Assembly (NCBI RefSeq): GCF_006345805.1 | Contig: NW_021833286.1 | Location: 1 to 64,000, forward strand | From: Octopus sinensis | Lineage: Eukaryota | DNA length: 64,000 bases | Direction: 5' to 3' | Part shown: piece after piece, positions 55,852-64,000 of the stretch | Layout of the letters: each line of letters opens with the position of its first letter | Position numbering within the stretch: the first letter of the stretch is position 1 | Notes under the pieces: model-generated | What the model was told of the DNA's origin: nothing | The model's input: only the letters and a program-made list of their open reading frames with translations | The model's database searches: none | Position numbers and translations under genes: made by a program

Positions 55852-58800
55852 ATAATATAAACACATACGCACACATACATAGATACGCATACTCTTATAT
55901 GTATTAAAATTCCCCCAACTGAAGGAATGTTCAAATGACAGTTACTCCTTTTCATTGATGACTTTCACTTCTATCTCTTTCAGCAAATTAAAATTTATGA
56001 CATTCGAGAATTTTCTCCATCATTTATAATATAAAGTTTTACAGTTTCCCTCGTTCCTTTTAGAAGGTCAGAAGGAAACACCCAATAGAGAAGAATTTGT
56101 GCATTTCTATCGCAGATTAAATATATTCAATGACTGCCTGCATTATTCTAGTTCTTTTATTTAGTTCTCGTTCAGTTCATCCTTCAAAATACAAAATATT
56201 TTCTCATCAGTAAAGGCGTGTGGCTTAATGCTTCGGGTATTCGGCTCACGCGCGTGAGGTCCTCAGATCGATTCCAATCGACGTGTTGTGTCCTTGAGCA
56301 AGACATTCACGCTTCCCCAGCCCACTCACCTGACAAAAATGAATTGTACCTGTATTTCAAAGGCCAATCTTTTCGCATTCTGTTTGGTGCTGAATCCTCC
56401 TGAGAACTATGTTAAAGCTACACGTGTCTGTGGAGTGCTCAGCCTCTTGCACGTTAATTTCATAACTAGAGAATTCCGTTGATCGGATCAACTAGAACGT
56501 TTATCATTGTAACTGATAGAGTGCTAGTTTAATTTTAGTCTCTCGTCTGAGAGTAGAGCACCCTACTCAGCTGAATAGGGATGGAACCATAGTACGAGTT
56601 CAGTTGGTTTAACCAAGAACATTTCGTAAATATACTATTATCAATAATTTAAATTCATAATCTCTAAACTGAAAATTCTCCCCGCAAAAAGACAAGATTC
56701 CATAAGAAAAATAAAAAAACCAAGTGAAAAGATTATAGTAAATTTTGTAGGTGAAGTATTGTTCGTAAATTATACAGATAATAGATTTAGAACGTAAATT
56801 ATAGTGATGCTGGATTTAGAGCTTAACAAATTATACAGATAATAGATTTAGAACATAACAAATTCCATATCAAGTTAAAGCTTAGAATCATTAGAATCAA
56901 ATCTCTGAAATCTCTGAAAGCGAATGATATTCCGGAAACTCTACAAAATCTTGAAAATCTCTTGGAAAAGGAATATGACTTCGTCTGATAAGAGAAAAGA
57001 GTTTACAGCATAAACATACATTTCACATGCTATTATTTAATACGATCATACATAGTAATAAAAGCATTTAGCACCAATACAAATAATTCCTTAAACCTAG
57101 AAGCTAAATAAATAAACTCACAACATAAAACCTATGACAAAGTAAAAACCAACCTTCTGTCATACCATAAGTTGCACTTGAGAATCACTTGGCTAATTTT
57201 ATTTAAAAACCCATGAGTAAGTCGATTAGGCCCTGAAAACTTGAATGAGGAAAATATAGCAACGGGATTCTTGATGCTAGTATACTTACATTGTTTCAGG
57301 TTTTGGCACAAGGCAAACAGTTTCGGGGAGCGGGGTAAGTCGATTACATCGACCTCAATGCTCAACTGACACTTATTTTATCAACTCTGGAAGGATGAAA
57401 GGCAAAGCTGACCTCGGCGGAATTTGAACTCAGAACGGGCAGACAGATGAAATGCCGTTAAACATTTTACTCGACGTGCTAACAACTCTTCCAGCTCGCC
57501 GCCTTAAAAAACCTAATATATTGGTTTCAAATTTTGACACCAGGCCAACAATTTCGAAGGAAGAAGTGAACCGATTACAACCGCCGCAGCTCAACTGGTA
57601 CTAAGTTTTTCGACCTTGAAAGGATGAAAGGCAAAGTCAACCTTGACAGAATTTGAACACAGAACGTGCAGACAGACGAAGTGCCGCTAAATATTTTGCC
57701 CAGCGTGCTAACAATTCTCCCACTTTGCCGCCTTACTTAGTATACTTAAACAAAAATTGCCAAATCCATCTTATTCAACAATTCCCGATATTGTAGAATA
57801 AATCAAAATGATGGATTGTAAACATTCTATGTCTAGACTACGTCTTCTCAAAGCACAAACCTTCACAAAAGCCAACGCATCAATCATCGAATATAATTAT
57901 GCTTGCAAAGAAATCCCTTCGTTTTTGAATAATTTACGCAATTAAAGTGGAGATAAAATTATATAGAAAGCATGTAAAACAATGTGGTGAAATAATTTTT
58001 TAGATCAACCGAAATATGTTTGGGAAATATTTGATTTTTGAAAAGATTTTGTTGGTATTTAGTGTATTACTGTACATTTACATCTAGAATGAATTATATT
58101 TTTTGAAGCTATTACTGCTTTAGACATTTGAGTACGGAAATGTTGGGGCATTGCCTCGAAGGAGTTTAGCCGAACAAAAAATGGCACTACTTATTTTGAA
58201 ACCAGGGAAATTATTTGTTGGTCTCTTTTGCAGAAATGTTTAAAAGCAAACCATCACCTCTTGTCAATACAAACATAAAGATACCACCGTCCGTGTATAT
58301 ATATATGTATACGGCGGGATTCCTCTCAGTTTCCGCCTACCAGATTCACTCACAAGTCATCGATTTACTCGGGACTATTGCAGGAGACATTTGGTCAAGC
58401 TGCTGCGCAAGAGAACTGAAGACGAAATATTTACTCCAGTACTTGAATGCCATTTTTATATGTAATAAACACCAAGGTGACGAAAGACGAATCTGACCTG
58501 TGTGGAAATTTAAATGCATCACTGAATACCCCAGAAACAAAACAAAAAGAAGGAAAATGGATGACGTAGCAGCAACGAAATTTGTACTTACAACTTAGTG
58601 ACCCAATAATGATTAAGGCTGTTCCCTTTTTAAAATCATTTCATTTCCGAAAAACAGTGCTTCACGGACAAACAGTTATGGTAGATTTTCTTCATGAGAT
58701 AGCAGTTCACTGTGACTTATGACCTGTAATATCTATATTTATGAGCTTGAGAGATTAGGCAGGTACTCTAGGTGTGAGGGGGAGAAAGAGAAAGAGGGGT

Positions 58801-59132
58801 GTGTGCGTGAGAAAAGGGCAGTGTTGCAATTTAGAGAAAGATTATAAATATTTTCATAACGACTTGAATGACAATATGAAGTTGTATGCAACTCGATTTG
58901 AACTCTTAACATATAGAGATGCAACAAACCGCTTCAAAATAATATTGCCAGAAACTCTACAATATCTGTCACCCCTCACTTGAAAACTACTCTGAACAAT
59001 AAATATAATGAGAACCATCGGAATAATTTACTGTACAGCAAGCAAATAATAATATTAATATAATAATAATAATAATAATAATAACAACAACCAACACTAA
59101 GTTACATGGAATATGCAGAAATGACACCGTAA

Positions 59133-59200
<68 letters not shown>

Positions 59201-59259
59201 TATATATATATATACATATATATTATATATATACACATTAATATATATATATACATATA

Positions 59260-59311
<52 letters not shown>

Positions 59312-59479
59312 CAGTAACAATAAAGGGTGAAATTAATTAATTTGGAATAATTATTAATTACACCAAGTAGATTTCGGCATGTAAATTGCTTAGTATTACT
59401 TATATATATATATAATATATGTACACACAATAAATGCGTACAAACATGCATAAAAACATGCATATACATATTTGCACAT

Positions 59480-59561
<82 letters not shown>

Positions 59562-60087
59562 CAAATGTATGTATAGGCACACATTGGCAATGGTGCTATT
59601 TTGAATTATCTTCTTTTATAGTACTGTAATTGCAAATGGGTGCAGCAAATTGCAGTTAGTTGCGATGCCACCTGCAAGAGATGCAATTTCGTTAAAAGCC
59701 TTCGTGACGTGTAGCTTCTTTCAAAAGAATGCCTTGATGGACTGAGTTGGTTAAATAGATCCTCTGTAATGAATATTACTCTAACGAACTTTAAGCTCGG
59801 AATGTCCACAGATAGACATATGCGTATACACACACGCACACACACACACACACACACACCACACACACACACACGCATATGTATATATATATATATATAT
59901 CTATACCCATGTATGCAACGTATATAAATGCATGATTGTATGAATATATATATATATATGTATGTATATGTTTGTATATGTGTATGTATGTATATATATT
60001 ATATATATATATATATATGTGCGTGTGTGTGTGTATATATATATACACATATCTATTTATATATATATAGGTAGAGGTGTGTGTATA

Positions 60088-60123
<36 letters not shown>

Positions 60124-61037
60124 CACATTTACGCTATTATTTGCAGCTTTATCAACTTCGAGTTCCTTTACCACAAATGAATTATCTATCTTTGCCTGCG
60201 TATGTGTGTGCAAGCGTGAATTCTGCTGGTGGTCACAGAAATGACCCTTGTCACATAAAAGAATGTACAGAATATGCAATGAGTAGCAGACAAGCTACTG
60301 AAATGGTATTACCAATCGACATTTGCGGGTTGATCTGAATCTGTAAGCTGTTCTTCATAATATCGAGTTAGAATCGCAGTAAAGATGTGCTGTGAATGAT
60401 GTCGGTTAATATGGTAATCAAATCTAAGGAGAAAAATAGACAAATACCTTGCAGGCCATATGCACCAAGTGAAAGATCACGGTGATGGAATTACAACCGT
60501 GAATAATGGTGCAAAAGTAAAACTATAAATTAGATCGATTAAGAATTACAAAGTGTTTGGCGTATGAAATACGGAGCAACGCATAAACAAATGAGTTAAC
60601 TTTTATACGTAGATATGCATACGTACGTGCATAAATACATAGATATACATATGTACACACATACATAGATATACTTTCGTACGTACATGCATCCAAACAT
60701 TCATACCTACGCGAATATATCTGTGTGTGTGTGTGTGCTGGCGCGCGTGTTTCTGTGAAGGTGTGTGGTCTACATGTTTGGGTGTGGCACTCACGGTCGC
60801 AAGATCGCGCTTTCCATCCGTGGATCGGGCAGTGCGTTGTGTTCTTGAGGAAAACAGTTCCTTTCTCATTTCTTGGAGATCACTTCCCCATCTGATGAAT
60901 AACACATCGTTCACCTGTACAGGTAATGTCTATTTGATGGCGGGAGCGAACAAATGTACAGCACAAACATTTTATTAATATAAACAAATCATTTCTGCAG
61001 GTTATTGTGTGTGTGCGTGTGTGTATGTATGTGTGTG

Positions 61038-61350
61038 AGGGCGCGTGGCTTAGTGGTTAGGGCATCCGGCTCGTGATCGTAAGGTTGTAAGTCCGATTCC
61101 TAGCGACGTGTTGTGTCCTTGAGCAAGACACTTTATTTCATATTGTTCCAGTCCACTCAGCTGGCAAAAATGCGTAGTTCCTGTATTTCAAAAAAGGGTC
61201 AGCCTTGTCTCACTCTCTGTCACACTGAATCTCCTTGCGAACTACGTTAAGGGTACACGTGTCTGTGGAATACTCAGCCGCTTGAAAGTTAATTTCACGA
61301 GCAAGCTGTTCCGTTGATCGTATCAGCTGGGACCCTCGTCGCTGTAACCG
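61038..61350 (+). mobile_element. tRNA-head SINE (GGCGCGTGGCTTAGTGGTTAG...ACGGAGTGC family)
   Basis: A and B boxes present; related copies at ~53700-54040 and ~56215-56530. Confidence 0.8.
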
Positions 61351-61554
61351 ACGGAGTGCTCCTTCATATATATATATATATATACCTCAGCTAACTGAGT
61401 TAGAAGTTAAAATAACCGTCTAAGGGATAGAAGTATCCATTATACTGAAGGGATCCATATGCAAGCATATTAAGCTCATGAATTATAGATAAAGACAAGG
61501 ATAAACATGGGTTTCTCAAGAATCAAAATTTAAAGAAAACAGAAAAGGGAAAAA

Positions 61555-61681
61555 TATTGATGAACAACAATTGACTAAAATCAATAAATATTTATTAATT
61601 CAATACAAAAGGTGTGATGCAGTCTATTTGTATTGAATTAATAAATAATTATTGATTTTAGTCAATTGTTGTTCATCAATA
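61555..61681. repeat. Inverted repeat: 55-bp arms (54/55 identical) with a 17-nt loop, extending imperfectly to 61534-61702
   Basis: Arms 61555-61609 and 61627-61681. Confidence 0.9.
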
Positions 61682-61712
61682 GTTTTCCATCTTCTGTTTT
61701 CTTTATATATAC

Positions 61713-61756
<44 letters not shown>

Positions 61757-62161
61757 ATATGTAGGTATATATATATATATCATGAGCCGAATACCCTAAC
61801 CACTAAGCCACGCGCCCTCAAACACCCCCCCACACACACATATATATATATATATATAACGTCTTTCCATTCCGAGTTCAAATTCCGCCAAGGTCAGCGT
61901 TGCCTTTCATTCCTTCGAAGTCGATAAATTAAATACCAGCCGAGTACTGGTGTCGATGCAATCGACTTACCCCACCCCAAATTGCTGGCCTTGTGCATAT
62001 GGTAGAAACGATATATATACGGGTGAGTAGGCAACTGAAAGAAACATTTTTAGTAGGACTGGCAGAAGCAAGGCCGCTATGTGTGTGTGTGTGTGTGTAC
62101 GAGATGTAAGGAAGTCGGTGTGTTATTTGTTGTATGAGTAACTAGGGGTGTGTGTGTGTGT

Positions 62162-62199
<38 letters not shown>

Positions 62200-62599
62200 C
62201 GTGTGTGAGCCTGTGCGTGCGAATATGTGTGTGTGTACCTGCAATATACGCGTGAGTACGCGAACTTGTATAGGTTTGTGTGTGCGCAAATATTCGACTG
62301 TAAGTCCTTCAAGGCAGTGCGTCGACATTGCCACAGGCTAATTACTGAAACAAGTAGAACAATATGTCCTTTTCTTTCTCTGAGACAGTGAAACAGCCAT
62401 ACAGGTCACAAGAATTATTTGGAAGTGGATTGTATGTTATTTCCTGCAAGTTGAATTTACGTCCTTTATAGCAGGTGGAGCTACAACGACGGCAGCTGAG
62501 GTGAGTCTCTCCGAGTGATCCATGTGATGCTCTCAGGTAAGGAGGCTTTATAAACAAGTGCCTGTCTAACAGTGATTGCATCATCCATACTCTCAACAA

Positions 62600-63190
62600 T
62601 GCGCCCTTAAATATGGTTTCTGATTACAAATATCTTGGGTCATACATATCATCATCTGGAAAAGATTTTCTAACTAGAAAGGGTATGGCCTGGTCAGCCT
62701 GTAATGACATGCATAAGATCTGGTCATCAAATCTAAGTAGAGACTTCAAACTTGAAATCTTCAAAGCCACAGTCGAACCAATTCTACTATATGGCTCAGA
62801 ACCTGGACGTTATCAAAGAAGCTTGAAAGGCGGTGGATGGAACCTACACTCGCCTCCTTATGAGAGCTCAAAATCTCTCGTGGAAGCGCCATCCAACCAA
62901 AATGCAAATATATGGGAAACTACCACCTGTGTCATCTCTTGTGAAAGGTAGGAGAGTCCAGTTTGCTGGACATTGTTGTAGAGCTGAAAACGAGGCAATT
63001 TCTACTCTTCTCCTCTGGACGCCATCTACTCCCAATATCAGAGGGCGCACACTCTCCTACCCTGATGTAATCTCCAGGGATACAGGCATCCAGCAACAGG
63101 ACCTCCGTAATGCCTTGATGGACCGTGAAGTCTGGCGTAGCATGGTAAATTCCATTGCCTCGACTACGTCGAACAATGATGATGATGAAG
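62600..63190 (+). mobile_element. 5'-truncated RTE-clade LINE with a (GAT)n tail
   Basis: DYKYLGSYI, RKGMAWSAC, TVEPILLYGSE, RRVQFAGHC, MDREVWRS, then (GAT)4; one frameshift near 62800. Confidence 0.9.
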
Positions 63191-63746
63191 GAGGCTTGTA
63201 ATGGTCCCTTATTGCCAGATCAGTAGTCCCTTCGTAGCACAGAGTTCTTAGAGTTTTCTTTAGTTAATGCAGAACCATCTTTCGTGTGCTAGTCTCCATT
63301 GTTGATTCTTAATTCTATATCACTGGATCAGTGGTCACCTTTGTTGGTTCACGAAACTCTATCACTGGTCCGTTAGTAACCTTCTTGGCTCGTAAGCCTC
63401 TGTGCCTGTTCAACAAGAAGAACGACGACGACAACAACAACAACGGCAACAACAACTTAAATTTACAAGTAGCAAAAAATGCGAAACAACAACATTAATA
63501 ACAACATCAATAGCAGCGATACAATGACTTTGAAGTTCCGAATACAATAAAGCAAAAATATATTTTATGCACGCTTGTGTGCGAAAAAAATGTTGAAAGA
63601 CAACTTAAACTTGTCCTTTTATAACCGGGAAATTAACCGGGAAATTAATCGCAAACACTTCCTATATTTGTCCTCGGAGCAGTTTTTAAAACTGACTATT
63701 AAGTAATTGAATTTTGTAATTACAAATCAATTATATAGCAGCTGCG

Positions 63747-63791
<45 letters not shown>

Positions 63792-63958
63792 ACACACACA
63801 AAGCAAACGTGAGGAAAACATACGAAGGATTCTTTTTTTGCTTGCAGTAATTCAACTCATTTCTTTGCACGCCAAATTTTCGTTTGTAGAGATGGAAATT
63901 AGACATGTTAGAGTATTAAGTCAGACATATTTCTATAAATAGTGTATGTATGTATCTG

Positions 63959-64000
<42 letters not shown>

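Noticed and set aside
58346-58740. 68-nt GT-AG intron-like segment (58523-58590, minus) with flanking exon-like sequence
   Set aside because: The upstream flank has stops in all three frames; it may be non-coding but is unsupported.
60795-60922. Exon candidate open on both strands (VNDVLFIRWGSD... on minus; ...RCVLEENSSFLISW...SFTCT on plus)
   Set aside because: The strand is ambiguous and neither peptide is recognisable.

Overview
This is a very AT-rich, microsatellite-saturated eukaryotic window. Its repeat make-up looks like an octopus (coleoid cephalopod) genome; that is an inference from composition, not a search result. I recognise no intact cellular gene, and almost all long ORFs in the track are microsatellite artefacts or transposon remnants. 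Supported content: R4/Dong-clade LINE pieces (1-1080, 40312-41083), a CR1/L2-group LINE remnant (9370-10770), three RTE-clade pieces, and a near full-length but disabled Tx1/L1-clade LINE (22030-27905) plus a second 3' fragment, both bounded by (TATC)n. There are also five or six Tc1/mariner remnants, a probable Helitron-type element, many tRNA-head SINEs, a 1.9-kb tandem duplication and a Penelope-like GIY-YIG remnant. The main discovery is a set of at least seven type I hammerhead-ribozyme motifs from several unrelated sequence families (3609-3701, 6041-6090 and its duplicate, 11703-11786, 11917-11961, 18731-18820, 32962-33014, 47429-47462, 48673-48713). Most sit in short Penelope-like terminal elements that abut (TA)n. 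Several carry a self-complementary helix III that differs by family, and several are preceded by an inverted copy of their own 3' end that masks the cleavage site. All folds were done by eye and need computational and biochemical confirmation.
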